From: Perna viridis
Lineage: Eukaryota
Assembly: GCA_037379345.1 (NCBI GenBank)
Contig: CM074519.1
Location: 14,796,742-14,860,741 of the forward strand
DNA: 64,000 bases
Reading direction: 5' to 3'
Of this stretch, positions 50,901-64,000 are shown piece by piece. Positions within the stretch are counted from its first letter, which is position 1, and every line of letters begins with the position of its first letter. Made by a program: the position numbers and the translations under genes. The notes beneath the pieces were generated by a model. That model saw only the letters and a list, made by a program, of their open reading frames with translations, did no database searches and was not told the origin of the DNA.

Positions 50901-53900
50901 GTCTTGCTTTTATTGTTTAAAGATGAATTTTTTTACAGTGCCATATACTACACAAAAACATACTGCATTTTTATAATGAAAACTAGAAAAGCTGTGAGCA
51001 AAACTCACTCGGTGATACCCTTGCTCCCCTCCATAGAAACCATATGGACACCCCAAAATGTCATTCAGATGGAAAAACAAAACAAAAAGAGATGCACAAT
51101 GACAACAAGTGATAAAGAATGTGTGAAACATTTAGCAAATTCCATACAGCAGTTCAAGAGGAAATGTGGATTGTAAAGAACAATTAAAATCCATGGGTAG
51201 TATAAGAGAAATTGGGGCACCAGATATGTGGTTAGATGAAGAGACTGATAGACAAATAGGATGATTCATATGAATGTGACATGAATGAAATCAAAACTTG
51301 ACTGAAGTTATCTCTATTTTATATTTGTTTAATACTTACAAAGTATCTTTAAATGTCTCTATGTGAGCTATTCTTAGAAAAACTGTAAATACATATACAT
51401 GTATCATTATATAAACACATTCAAAAGATTCCGAAGTGAATAGGATTTAGAAACATTATCATAGTAATATACAAATATTTCAATTTACCATCAAAAGAAA
51501 GTCTACTTCCTCATAGCCTTATGTATTTGCATGAAACCTGTTACATGTATTCATTTTTCTGAAAAGAACCTATGCATTCCAAAATAGACTCCAATAACAC
51601 TGTTGTTTTGTACACACAAAATGGGGATGCCGATCATTCCAACAATAATGAAAGAAATGGATGAGTGGATAAGGAGTAAGGAAGCAAGATACATATATAT
51701 TAGACTGATTGATGATTGATATTAGAATTAGTGCAGTATAACTCAGCAAAATAATGCATTTTGCTCATGCAACACTGTTTTAGTGTCTAAACTTTTATTA
51801 CTATATTAACAGGGTTATTCCATTATGTTATTTAAAACAATGTAGAAGACCATCTGATCACCAACTAGATACCCCCCCAATCATCCATTTGATAAAATGC
51901 AACTTTTGATCTCCAAACTGATTTGGATCATACTCTAAAATAAGAGGTGTACAATGGGGAACATGAAAAGATGTTATAAAAATTTTGTGAAAGTTCCATT
52001 AAATTGCATTAAGTGGTGTAGAAAGAGAAGGGATAAGAGATAAGTAGCCCTCTGCTTAATGGAAAAAAGGAAGTATGGCAGTACAGACTGAAGGAGGGAA
52101 ACCCCCAATCACTATATACCCCTACTTCCTGGGGAAAAGAAATTTGGTTGACCCCAAGAAACAATATAGAAATGGGAGGATGAAATAATATGTGTTTGAA
52201 TACATACCATAACCACACATGTATGAATCATAACCTGCTTGATGTGGTAGATCTTCTGACACTGTCAATATAAATAATTCATATACAACATAACATAGTG
52301 GTAAAAAAAATGATACATAAATAACGAGTCAACATTCTATGACTTCATATTAATGGCAACTGGATTCAAACTCCATGAAAAAATACTACACAGTAAATGT
52401 AGAAGTGTAAACTTAAAATAACTTTCACAGCCTGGTCCCACCTCATTACTGGTCAAGTGTAAACTTACAATAATTTTCACAGCCTCGTCCTAGCTCAATA
52501 CTGGTCAAGTGTAAACTAACAACTTTCACAGCCTCGTCATAGCTCAATACTGGGGGAGTGTAAACTGACAATAACTTTCACAGCCTGGTCCCAGCTCAAT
52601 ACTGGGGGAGTGTAAACTAACAATAACTTTCACAGCCTGGTCCCAGCTCAATACTTGGGAAGTGTAAACTAACAATAACTTTCACAGCCTCGTCCTAGCT
52701 CAATACTGGGGGAGTGTAAACTAACAATAACTTTCACAGACTCATCCTAGCTCAATACTGGGGGAGTGTAAACTACTAATAACTTTCACAGCCTCGTCCT
52801 AGCTCAATACTGGGGGAGTGTAAACTAACAATAGCTTTCACAGCCTGGTCCTCTCAATACTGGGGGAGATTAAACTTACAATAACTTTCACAGCCTGGTC
52901 CCAGCTCAATACTTGGGGAGTGAATCACATGTTGCTGTCCCTTCTGGCTAACACAATAGAAAAAGATCATATAAAACTCTGTGGTAAAGTTTGTATCTTA
53001 TTATCATTTCATCCAACAAACTCCATTTCATTTAATCTTATATCTAAAAAGATCATTAACTAGTTTTACAGATAGTGTTTCCTGTTTAAATAAACCACTC
53101 ATTTCTTCCCTTTCCTATTTCAATGGTTTAGACAGATATGTGTTTACCTAACAAAAGCTTATAAGGTCAAGTAACACTTCTTGGTTCTCATGCCAAATAG
53201 GGGAGGTAAGCATATCTTTTCACCTCCTTATTGCCTAAAAGATTGATGAGGGTCTTTTTAACTTTGTATGTATTGATATAGTTATCTGGGATGATTTTAC
53301 GAGGTTGTCAAAAAATGAGGAATTGGTAAAATTGGAAATAAATAAACAGTAAAAAAAAAAGAATCGTAATGGTAAAATTAGGATTTCAATTAGCATAATT
53401 CCGCTAAAAAACGGAAAAAAATTCTCCCCGGGTTATACAAGTGGATAAGGAGGCACCATTAAGGATATAAGGGAGGGCTAAGAACCAAGACATCCTTTCT
53501 AATTGTTTATGGTGTACCAATTTAAATGATTTTATGAATTATTACTTGTATAATCCAAACTAGATGTAAAATTTCCATTAAAAACAATAATATTACAGTT
53601 TCTCCATATATATATAACTACACAAATGAATAAAATTTTAAACCAATAAAAATTGTAAAAAAGCCTTTAGCAATTGGATTAATTTTTCTTTTAATCTTCT
53701 GTCAGGAGACAATGATATTACAGAATCTTCAATATTATACCAAATATATAATTGACCTATTACCTATGTAGTGACTGGTATAAACTTGACAATGCTGTGG
53801 ACTCAAATAACCCTGTCTGCTCCAATGGCTACAAAATAAAAAAAAATACATAGGATATATTTTTGTGCTTAAATTTAATCCTTTCAGGTTAGAAACGAGT

Positions 53901-56900
53901 ATTCTTTTTTTTATACATAATGAAATTTCAAATTCCAGGTCAAACCTTGAATAAATTTACAGTCTTTATGAAAAAGTATACTTTGAGAATATCTTGGCTC
54001 CTGCTGCTACAAGTCAATTTTGTTTAATTGTGGGGTATGTCGTATCAATCATTATCCTTTAAGGTAGAGCAAGTTGTGTAAAACTTTCATCTTTATGTTC
54101 CACAAAGAAGGGTTTAACAGTTCCTTTCTTTGTTTTAGAGGCAACAACCTTTCATTACAGACCTTTTTCAATGTACAGCTGATGTGTTTTGTATCAATGA
54201 TTACTGGGAACAACTTGTGTAGTTCTGATTTGAATTCTCTGTAACTACCTACAATATAGCAATCAAAAGGTTCATATGTTGATTGTTATTCATATTTATA
54301 GCCATATGATATTTCCTTATCTCACCCATGTCACAATTAAACATATCATGTCTTACCAATATGAAGAAATAACGGCAAGCAGGGCATCCTGCGGCATTAA
54401 AAAACTAATACTGGTTTTAAAAATGAGAAAAAGAATCAAACACTGCCAAATATTGCAAGACTACAAAATCTCTGACACTTTAGAGAACTTGATATCTTAC
54501 TGTTGGGTGTCTGAGATTTCCAGTCTCAGGGGTGTTAGATTCTGACATTAATAATTCAGTGGGAGACCATCAGCTTCAAAACTCAGTACTTAATCCAATG
54601 AAAAAAACTCTTCCGTGCTGAATGAAAATTTTTTACTAACTTTGCATATTAATACCTTAAATCTTATGAAAATGAATAAAAATGCATAAAAATTATTATT
54701 AATAAGTGTCACAATATTTATGTTTTAATCACATTCTTGCAACAAAAAGTGCATTGTAACGATTCCTAAATTTACAGTTCACTTAAGTTCAAGGAAAATG
54801 TCTAAGACTTACTAATAGTTGGCCACTGTATATAAACCTCATTATTTTTTCATTGTATAAGAAACACAAGTCTAAAGGTGTAATAAATTTTTTTTATCAA
54901 CATAACTTTATAGAGTTGAAAAATCATAAAAAGAGTTACTTACGAGGCAAAGGTTTGTAGAATTTGTCATAATACAACAGAAGGTCCATTAACATATTGT
55001 GGCCTAAAATTGGCTGAAAAAGATAAACTTAATTCACTAGAATATATTTTCAAGGAAAAAATCTATTCCTGACACCTGTCCTCCATTTTGTATGTTTGTT
55101 TGTCAAATTATTTCCTCTCTCTTCAAAAATGTATTATATACTGGGAAACATAATTTTTATTTCTTAATTGTAAATGACAAACAAACAGGGGTAAAACACA
55201 AAATGTCAACTATTTTTTTTTAATAGTTGTGAAAGCATAAAAATTATTCGCCCTATATTTTCTGAGTTTACTTGTTAATGTTTGACAATTCATTTCACAG
55301 AAGGTTTATACACTATATTATATTATAGGTTTATAATTCATACCTACCTTTTTGGCTTGGGTTAATAATCTGAAAATTCTTGTGAACCCTATTAAGCTGT
55401 CTTTTAAGCTGCAAATAGATCATTACATGCACTACTTTTCAAAATTGTCCAATTACAAAAAAGATCAAATTGAAAATGAATGTCTATCAGGAAGTAAGCA
55501 ATAGGTGATAATGTGCACAAAGTACACATAAATTATATCCTCTATAAAAGTCAAATCCATATAAAATCTGAGGCTTGCTATTTTAAATATTATCGGTCCT
55601 AAATAAATATTTAACCAAGTGTATACAAAGAAAAGTTCTATCTACGCATAAAAAAAATTTCAAAGGAACTCTCCTTTTCAATTTTCTTGACATTTTATTT
55701 CAAAAGCACATGGTAATACATAGCTGATGTTAGAATATTGGCCTAAATATGATCAAAATTGCCAATACAATACAAAATACAAAAGTGTGCCAATACGGAA
55801 TTTAGCTGTCCAATACATCATATTGACCTGATTAAAATTCATATTGGCCTAGTCAGTCAATAATTGTGTAAGGTTTTGCATATTAGCTGAGTTATGTTAT
55901 TATACTTTATTGAGTAACCAGTCCAATACATAAAAAAGTATTGTGTAAGGTTTTCTGTATTGGTTAATTTGATTGGTCCAAGGCAAGCAATACTAGACTG
56001 AGGCGTAGTTCAAATCTACTATGGCTAACCAAGGACCAATAACTAAGTCATTATGGAAACCTGCAATTGTATCTATACAATATGTTCTTATTGTCTATTC
56101 TAATATGGATTTCCAATATTGGACTGGTCAGAACAGGGCCAAAATGGATATTAGAAAGGTAGTTGTCATATTGGCATACTCATAAATTTGTATAATATTG
56201 AAGATTGAAGGTTATTTCTATTGTTAGTTAATAATTATAGTATCATTATGTAAGGACCAGAAATGTATTGGCACAGGTAAAAGCTGTATTGGATGGCTAA
56301 ATCCCATAATGGTGCACTTGCATATTTTGTACAGTATTGGCAGTTTTAATCATATTTAGGCTATTGATATTCAAATGTTTATCAATTTTGCAAGCTCTTA
56401 AAAAAATATGATAAAGTTGAAAACTTATTTAAAAATGTATCTGCATTTAAAGCTTACGATGTTGTTTGTTCTGATTTTGATTTCAATTCTTCATTTTCCA
56501 ACTTTTTTCTTGTTTCTTTATCTACTCTTTCTATCTTTATCTGAAAATAAATTACTACCTTATTACCTACAAAACATGAAAACAATGAAAGTTTTCATAT
56601 TTTTGAACATTAAAATTTATATTTGCATAGCAATATTAAAGGATTACATGATAAAATAGTTACTCTGTACATCAGGGTATGTTTTTATTAACCAAAAGCC
56701 ACAAACAATTGAAACTACAATTTGGACAAGTAAAAGTTACCCATACTTCATACTTACTCAGGGGACAATCAAATCTTACTTATTTTTCAAAATGCATTCA
56801 CTAAAGGACAACCTAGGTTTCAATTTGGGCAAGTAGAATTTTCATCAAATTGTCCAATAGGACAAGGGTCATAAAAGTTAAATGTCATATTGTCACATCC

Positions 56901-59900
56901 TTTACATGTACATCAATAATAGGTCATACCCATGGGAACATGTATTCATGGAGGCTATTTCAGCCATTGGTAATGCCTTATGTTGTTTTTATTACAATAG
57001 AAAACATTGCAAAATATCTTAGAAGTAACACAATTACACATTTTACCAGTAAAAAAAATTGTCAGCCTTAAAAATTCATGAAAAGGTTTTCCATTCCTCA
57101 TAGAACTAAATTTTGACATTACTCACAGTATCTTTCTCTATGGTTGTCCATATATCAGAAAATCTATTCCGTAATTCTGAATGAATTATATAATCTTGTA
57201 TTCCATCAAAATCTGAAACAAATCGAACTATGATATTACACAATTGAAGTAAAAGTATATCATTATATTTTAAGTATGACAGTTTATAATATACAATTAA
57301 ACCTGTATTAAACAGTCACCTCTGGGGAATACTTAAAGTGACCTTTATAGAGAGGTGACCTTTGGAATGAGGTTACCAATAGTGATGTAGAAAGACTTTG
57401 ATGTCAGCATATAATCCCATATTCCTTTAGATTGTACTATCTCTGATTGTCATAATATTACTTGTAGTTGTCTATCATTTTCAGAAGTAGATTCATGTAT
57501 TTAAAAATGTATTCATTCAAAATATCATTCAGATAAAAATATATGACAATAAAAAACAAAGTATTTCCTCATTTCCCGTTTTATGTTGTTTTCACCATCT
57601 ATGTTATTTTCAATGTCCTCTATAATTTCTGCTTTTCTTTTCGGCAATTTTAGTGATTTGTGTTTTTACGACATCCATTTCCTTTAAAACAGCACTTTTT
57701 TTTTTGGTTTTTGCTACAAAATGTCTTGTATAGTAAGAAATTATCTTTGACATATACTATGAAAACTGGTATCAGATTTACAATCAGGACTTTTTAATTA
57801 CTCTAAAAATTATTTAATGAGGAAAACAAAAGAGTCTAAAATGATGAAAGCTTCAATCAGTACCAAGGTCTCTGACTTCTCATATACAAAGTTTAACATT
57901 TGATTTGTTGATGAAACACCACCCTGGCTCATAAAAACGGTGGCCTTAACTTAAGGGCTGTTCCATTAAAACATATGAGGTACCCAGGGAGGGTATTTTT
58001 TCATCAGGGGAATCACCAATAGAAGTTCTATTGATGTTTTGTATAAAACTTCATATTTTGTCAAGAGACCTGAACACCCACCCATATTCAAAGAATTTGA
58101 AAAGTGTCTTCCCACTGTCCCTCACATGTTTTACTGGAACAGCACTTAGTAGATTACTTAAATTTGTACTTGGTAAATAACTGATGTGTATAGATAACTA
58201 TACTTATTGAATGGATAAAAATACGCCAAGTATGTATACAATCACGCAATTTTATAATTTGTGAGTTAAATAAAATCAACCATGTTACCAATAAGAAAGA
58301 ATGGTGTCAACTTAGTGTTAGCAGGTACCTTCATCATTTTTAGATATTTCTAAAGGACTGTTAGACTGGAGTCCAAACATCCATTCAGCAACAATAGAAC
58401 ACAATCTCTGTATGGCAGACTCATCTACTTCCCTAGAGTTAAAATAATGGGGAAAAAACATAACTAAACTTTTTTCATTTTTAAATTTATAAAGTTAAAA
58501 CCAAATGTATTTGTTACCTACATGTAAGTTCATCACTAAAATAAAAATTTTATACAACTAAACATGGTATTAATTTCCTTTATAACTACAAAACACCTAA
58601 AAAACTGTCATAGTGGGAGGTAAATATATTGAAAAATGAATTGCAATGGGAAAATTAAGATTTGAAAAAAGTGGAATAATGCTTAAGCATGTTAAGAGTG
58701 TAAAAAATAAGATCTGAAATATAGCTTTTTCTTCATTAAGTGGAGGTTTAGCTTTCTCCATTCAGCTTTTTTAAATGTATCTCTCACTTTGAGAGTAGTC
58801 TTGCTTACACTACTTAAGTAAATTCAGACAATGTCAATGGTATAGGTGATTCATGGAACAGAAAAAAAAAACCACCAATAATATCTACAAGTCTACATTA
58901 TGTAATATTTTTATATATCTATAGACTTTTTTGCATACAGATCTGCATTTTTGAGAAAACCATGCATTCAACTCAAATCAACCAAGTCAAGAAGGAAAAT
59001 CAATGCAAACCATCAATTTCCTGTACAATCTACGGTATGCAACAACCAAATGAAAAACCAAGACATGTTATGTGGTCTATAACTGTTTCTGAATTAAAAA
59101 AAACAAATTTTGCAGGTTTTTGCATGAATAACCTTATGTATGATATTATTAAAGAACGCAACGTAATTGTATTTAAATTGGTATTTGATTTTTTAACAAA
59201 TATTCTGGTTAAGTGATAACAAGAGTTGACGGGAAAAACATGTAAAATAAAAAGCTTTACCTTATGCAGCATAATTTGACAACAGCTGGTTGAACTCTGT
59301 TCATTTGAGGCAAGTGTAAACACAATATTAATTTTTGACACACTACATATTTGGACTTACAGTTCATTATGAACGCAACAACTCATTTGGACACAATATT
59401 GCACAATAAAAATTTGAAATTCAATTTTAGTATAAAGGTTTGCTTCATGGATCAATTTGTACCTCATTATCTCAAAACACAGTAAATGATAGGGTTAATT
59501 TTGTTAGCAAACTTCTTTAAGCTCTTGTATTTTGGCTGGGATTTTCAAATGAAATCCATTTTTTTTTTAAATCACACCAATAATTTTTAAGTCAATTTTT
59601 TAAAGTTTGGTCCCTTTTGGCCCCTTATAACTCAAAAACTGAATATGTGAAATCCGAAAAATGCAGGTAGGGATTGTCATGAAGAATCTAAATCAGACCA
59701 GAAATTAAGAAGCTATCCACAAGAAATCAGAAAAAATACTTGTTTTGGGCACCTTCATGCCCCATTATTATTACTTTGCCCTCGTCATAACCCCAAAAAT
59801 CAATCCCAGTCTTTCTTTTGTGATGTGGCACTTTGAAATACAATTTCAAAAAGTTTTCACTAGTAGTCAAGTTATTGTTTGGACATCAGGAAAATGCATG

Positions 59901-62900
59901 TTTCCTGCCCCCTTTTTTTGGGACCCAAATTTCATTAATTGCTTGTTTCAGGCCCCTTTTTGGGCACTAATTCTAAAATAGATGGGGCTATAACTTCTGA
60001 AATCAATACCAACCTTCCTTTTGCAGTTTGGAACCTTGTTGCATGAAACATACCACAGCAAGTTTTTTGCAGTCATATAACAAAAATATTTATGGCAGAT
60101 AAGAACAAATTCACTGGCTAACATTGTAAACTTCAGTATGTATTTCACTACTGAACCAATAAATACCTTAAAACATGCATATGCCTAGGTGTCATTTAAA
60201 AAGATTTTCTACAACCTTTTTCATAGATATTTTCTAAAGTTGCAGTGTTATTAAATCACTCAAATTGAGCCTTTTCAACTCAAACATTGACCAATCAGAT
60301 CACTTGAAATTGAAGATATGAGGAAAAACTAGAGATTTGAGGAAATTCTTAACTTACGGTTGTTTTTTTTTTTAATCCAGGCCTGATGACACTGTATCAG
60401 ACTTTAAGGTTGTTTGAGGGTAAATGCAAAGAACATCTGATATGAACAACCTTGATTAGCCACAGAGGATAGGAGGAAATGAAGCATAGCTTTTTTGTCC
60501 AGGTAAATAGAAGACAAATCTTTGGAATAATTAGTTGAAATATCACACTTGATTTACTTTAAAAATAAATACTGAAGTAAAATAAAATTGTTAACGTGAA
60601 ATTTTTGCTGAAGTAGTGACTTAATCAACAAAGCATGAGAAGCCAGATACTGGTCTGACAACCTGATTTCTATATTGGGAAAGTTCATTTTTCTAAAGGA
60701 AATCAGAATCTTTTAAATTCTTAAGTACTATTGTATACTTACCTCTCTAAACCTTGAAATAAGTCTTTCCTTTCTAAGTACAGTGATAACTGCTGTTCTT
60801 GTTCTTCATTCATATAAGATATCCCATTGTATATAAACTGAAAAGATACTGCATTAAATATAAACAGAAAAGATACCTCATTTGTATATATATAAAATGA
60901 AAAGATATCCTATTAAATTTGTACATATAACTGAAAAGATATCCTATTAAATATAATCTGTTTTCAGTTTAGATAACCCATTATATATGAACTAAAAAGA
61001 TACCCATATTATATACAGACTGAAAAGACATCCTATCACATGTATACATAAACTTCATTTATTCATTCATGTCTTTATTTCTTCTTAAAGAGGTATCAGT
61101 TTAGCTGAATCACCAACATGGTAATTTAACTGTACACCCATACTTTTTAACTTCATTTAATTGAATTGGCATTGAATACTGGTAATTTCTGTGCTACATC
61201 TCAAAACAAACTTAACAACTGGCATAACAAATCATACATACAGTTTCTAGCACTTCAAACCTCTCTTAAAGTCTGTCAGAATCTGTCAGGAAAACTGTTC
61301 TACGACAGCAAATAAAACAGAAATCCTGACCAGGTCTGACAGAAGCTGTCCTGGGTCAGAACACATTTTCCCCTATTTCCCGACAGATCCTGCCAGAAAC
61401 TGTTCTGGGTTGTGACAATGAAATACAAAAAGCTGTTCTTAACTGCCATACCCCTAGACAGTTCCCGACACTAAATCTATCTACACTGTGTTAAGTAATT
61501 TAGTACAGCAATTAATAATGGAAACAAATTAGCAAATCCGATAAGAAAAAAAAATCTTGATTTCAAAATTTACATTGAATAATTTCCAGATTTTATAGAG
61601 CTGATCATGATCATCATCTGACAATCACTCGATCGTGGTTCATTTTCCAACATTCGGCGCTCATCGTTCAGAAATTATTATTGTTTACATATATAATTTT
61701 AAACATTCTGTCATAGACCTGTAATTAAATTCTGTTTTTTATATTACAGGTCTATGATTCTGTTCTAAGTGTAAAAACGGTAACCGATAACTTTCAGGTG
61801 TTTGGTAATTTTCACACCAAGTTCAAGACTGATAAAGTAATATTTGAGTGAAAGTACTTTTAAAATTACATTCAAAATAGGGTCTCAAATCATTCTATAA
61901 AATGTTCAAATTGACAATATTAGCTTAAAGGTGACTGCTATCAATATATTTCAGTCAAAATTCTTTAAAATGCCATTTAATATAAATATAAGTATCATAT
62001 GGGTACCTTACAACATATATATTTCAAACAAAATTCTTAAAATTGACATATTTTTTGCAAATGTATATGAGTGCTAGCACTTTTGAAATTCTTTAAAGCC
62101 AGGGGCGTAGCACCTGGTAAGGCCTGGACGGTACCAATAATTTTTGTTGGTACATCATGCCGTTCATAAGTTTTGTCAAAAATTGAAAAAAAAGAGTTCA
62201 AAAATAATAAGCTAAGCCCTGAAAGACCCTGACAAGATGTATCAGGGATCAGAACAGTTTAGACTTGTTTTATGACAGCAAACCCTGATAAAATCAAAGA
62301 AAGGTTAGAAGTGATCGCAACTGTACACAGTATAAACCTTGTGTTAGAATATCAAGTGGTTGTGTTATGTTCCAGTAGTAGCAAAGAAAATTATCAAATC
62401 CCACAATATGGTACAGTTCTATAAAGCTTGTGTCAAAATATCATGTGGCTGTGACAAGTACCAGTAGTAACACAGAAAATCAACAAATCTCACAATATGG
62501 TACAGTTATATAAACCTTGTGTCCAAATATCAAGTGGCTGTGACAAGTACCAGTAGCAACACAGAAAATTATCAGACCTCACAGTATGATACACTTGTAT
62601 AAACCTTGTGTCCAAATATCAAGTGTTTGTGACAAGTACCAATAGAAGCACAGAAAATTATCAAATCTCACAATATGGTACACTTACATAAACCTTGTGT
62701 CCAAATATCAAGAGGCTGTGACAAGTACCGATAGCAGCACAGAAAATTATCAAATCTCACAATATGGCACACTTATATAAACCTTGTGTTAGAATATCAA
62801 GTGGCTGTGACAAGTAGCTGCTCCTCAGAAAATCAGTTATAACAAAAGTATGACAGATATACGAGAGGCTACAGCATACTACACTCATTTGGAGAAGGGA

Positions 62901-63077
62901 TATAACAATAACTTCATTGAATATCCAAAGTACCCATGACAGACAGACAGACAGACAACATACACAATAATATCTCACATCTGTATTGATTGGCAAAATG
63001 AATGATCCAGTATTTCTAGTGAAACTTACCTTATTAAAATCAAATTTATATTTACACAAGAATCTGAGACTACTTGC
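44943..63077 (-). CDS. PNLDC1: PARN-like ribonuclease PNLDC1 (piRNA 3' Trimmer; CAF1/DEDDh nuclease with C-terminal TM anchor); 5'-partial, 436 aa in window
   Basis: 17 exons: 63030-63077, 60743-60837, 58329-58432, 57127-57212, 56458-56540, 55348-55408, 54944-55013, 54163-54248, 53764-53828, 52880-52947, 52208-52261, 51340-51382, 50572-50671, 48593-48682, 47189-47277, 46106-46204, 44943-45012 (1311 nt, all GT-AG, phases consistent). Motifs ASSLRFL..YKFDFNK, NGISYMNEEQE, GFTRIF, PILGHNMLMDLL, FPVIIDTK, HQAGYDSYMCG. The C-terminal WRHSP plus hydrophobic tail (VLLAGTVLSGGLCVWVLW) distinguishes PNLDC1 from PARN. Confidence 0.92.
45202..45319. repeat. Long imperfect palindrome (fold-back element) in the last PNLDC1 intron
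   Basis: TCAATAGTTAAATTTTAGA ... TCTAAAATTTAACTATTGA, with outer arms GGGGATTAC / GTAATCCCC. Confidence 0.7.
46406..47179 (+). mobile_element. Second, shorter copy of the HINE-like family, in a PNLDC1 intron
   Basis: Same AACAAGAGG start, same internal units and same GGCAATAGCT...GGTGAGCTAAAAA end as 42756-44668. Confidence 0.8.
48950..49545 (+). mobile_element. Another interspersed HINE-like family (second copy at ~59217-60040)
   Basis: Shared blocks TTTGAAATTCAATTT...TGCTTCATGGATCA, CAAGTTATTGT.TGGACATCA.GAAAATGCATGTTTC and TTTGGAACCTTGTT. Boundaries are approximate. Confidence 0.6.
50813..50918 (+). repeat. 50-bp tandem duplication
   Basis: ATTGTTTCAAGTTAACA(A/T)TGGTCTCCAGAATATATAATGTCTTG occurs twice. 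Confidence 0.85.
52403..52922. repeat. 52-bp minisatellite, 10 copies, overlapping PNLDC1 exon 52880-52947 and its donor site
   Basis: Unit AATAACTTTCACAGCCTGGTCCCAGCTCAATACTGGGGGAGTGTAAACTAAC, with copies starting near 52420, 52471, 52521, 52571, 52623, 52675, 52727, 52779, 52831 and 52880. Confidence 0.95.
55739..56363. mobile_element. MITE with ~45-bp imperfect TIRs in a PNLDC1 intron
   Basis: GCCTAAATATGATCAAAATTGCCAATACAATACAAAATA ... TATTTTGTACAGTATTGGCAGTTTTAATCATATTTAGGC; interior rich in CAATAC/GTATTG. Confidence 0.75.
60816..61055. repeat. Degenerate ~26-34-bp tandem repeat overlapping the acceptor of PNLDC1 exon 60743-60837
   Basis: About 8 units resembling AAGATATCCCATTGTATATAAACTGAA. 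Confidence 0.75.
62325..62817. repeat. 89-bp tandem repeat, ~5.5 copies, intronic
   Basis: ATAAA(C/G)CTTGTGT recurs at ~62332, 62421, 62510, 62599, 62688 and 62777. Confidence 0.9.
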
Positions 63078-63576
63078 CTACAAAATATGAAAATAGGGCA
63101 TTAATGTTAGTGATTTTATGCAGTTTTGTATGGTACATGTACTTAACAACTGTGTAAAGTTTAAAACAATTTAATTGATCGGTTTTCAAGTTTTCATCTG
63201 GAAACCATCAGGGATAAATAGACTGTCAGATGGACTGACATGCACCTTTTTGAAGGGTATCACATAATACCTCACCACTTCATGTCGTGGTATACAAGAA
63301 TTTATATGTTCTAGCAGAGAGTCAAATATTATACATAGATAAAGGAACAAATGCACCATGGTATTAAAAAAATTGTAAATACTTACAGAGATCACCAAAT
63401 GACTTCAACACACTTTTAAGTAAGCTCTGAAAGGCCCTGACAATGCAGTAATAAAATCTAAGATAACAGAACAAGTACATTTCTTTAAAATAAACTAAAG
63501 AGTCAACAACATAAAGACACATTATTGACCAACATCTTACATGTCTGTGTTGGGGTTAAACTAGTTTATAACTACT

Positions 63577-63675
63577 CCCCTTAAATGTAAGGTCAAACTA
63601 TCTCCCTTAAATGTAAAGTCAAACTATCCCTCTTAGATGTCAGGTCAAACTATCCCCCTTAAATGTAAGGTCAAA
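63577..63675. repeat. ~26-bp tandem repeat, ~4 copies
   Basis: CCCTTAAATGTAAGGTCAAACTATC units. Confidence 0.85.
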
Positions 63676-64000
63676 AATAAACTGAAACAAAAAACAAACA
63701 CATCATAAATTTACTAAGTAATACATCCAATTCACTTCATGGAATACATCAACATACAACATACAGACACAATGAGAATCCTCTCAGCAATTGAAAGCTA
63801 GCTCTGAACATATTAAAGAATTACAATACCATCAATTACCAGCATTAAAAACAATTGGTCACTACAATTCCAGTGGACTGGATTTGGAGTAGTAACATTA
63901 GGTACTAAATAGGTAAGATTTGATGTAGTGCAACACTAAAAAAGGACAAGTTTTTTTACAAAGGGATGCAATTCGGGGTCGAAATATCTGTTTTTGTGAC

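Noticed and set aside
52403-52922. CRISPR array or tandem twister ribozymes (GCCTGGTCCCAGC resembles a twister core)
   Set aside because: There are no unique spacers or cas genes, the context is eukaryotic, and the unit is fully explained as a duplicated exon end plus donor.
62325-62817. 89-bp array as a third exon-derived repeat
   Set aside because: It does not overlap the nearest exon (63030-63077), and no PNLDC1-like peptide or phase gap requires an exon there.

Overview
This is AT-rich eukaryotic (metazoan) DNA, most consistent with a bivalve mollusc (C1qDC gene, Helentron-type non-autonomous repeats, Naiad-type Penelope elements). I rebuilt five protein-coding genes by hand using GT-AG introns with consistent phases. 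(1) A single-coding-exon GT14 core-2/I-branching GlcNAc-transferase (-). (2) A 4-exon secreted C1q-domain protein (+). (3) A 2-exon, 123-aa Trp/Arg-rich secreted protein that I cannot assign to a family (+). (4) A complete 9-exon SLC2A13/HMIT myo-inositol transporter (-). (5) The last 17 exons of PNLDC1, the tail-anchored piRNA 3'-trimmer (-), almost entirely missed by the ORF track; its 5' end lies beyond the window. Repeats include two decayed LINEs, six pieces of one Naiad-like Penelope family (one a pseudo-LTR tandem), Helentron-like elements with internal satellites, MITEs and a tRNA-Gly pseudogene. The most unusual signals are: tandem repeats built from PNLDC1 exon/splice-site junctions (one donor array, one acceptor array); a circularly permuted, (TA)n-flanked tRNA-promoter repeat carrying a decayed hammerhead-like motif; and a conserved multi-stem RNA in the Penelope 3' UTR.
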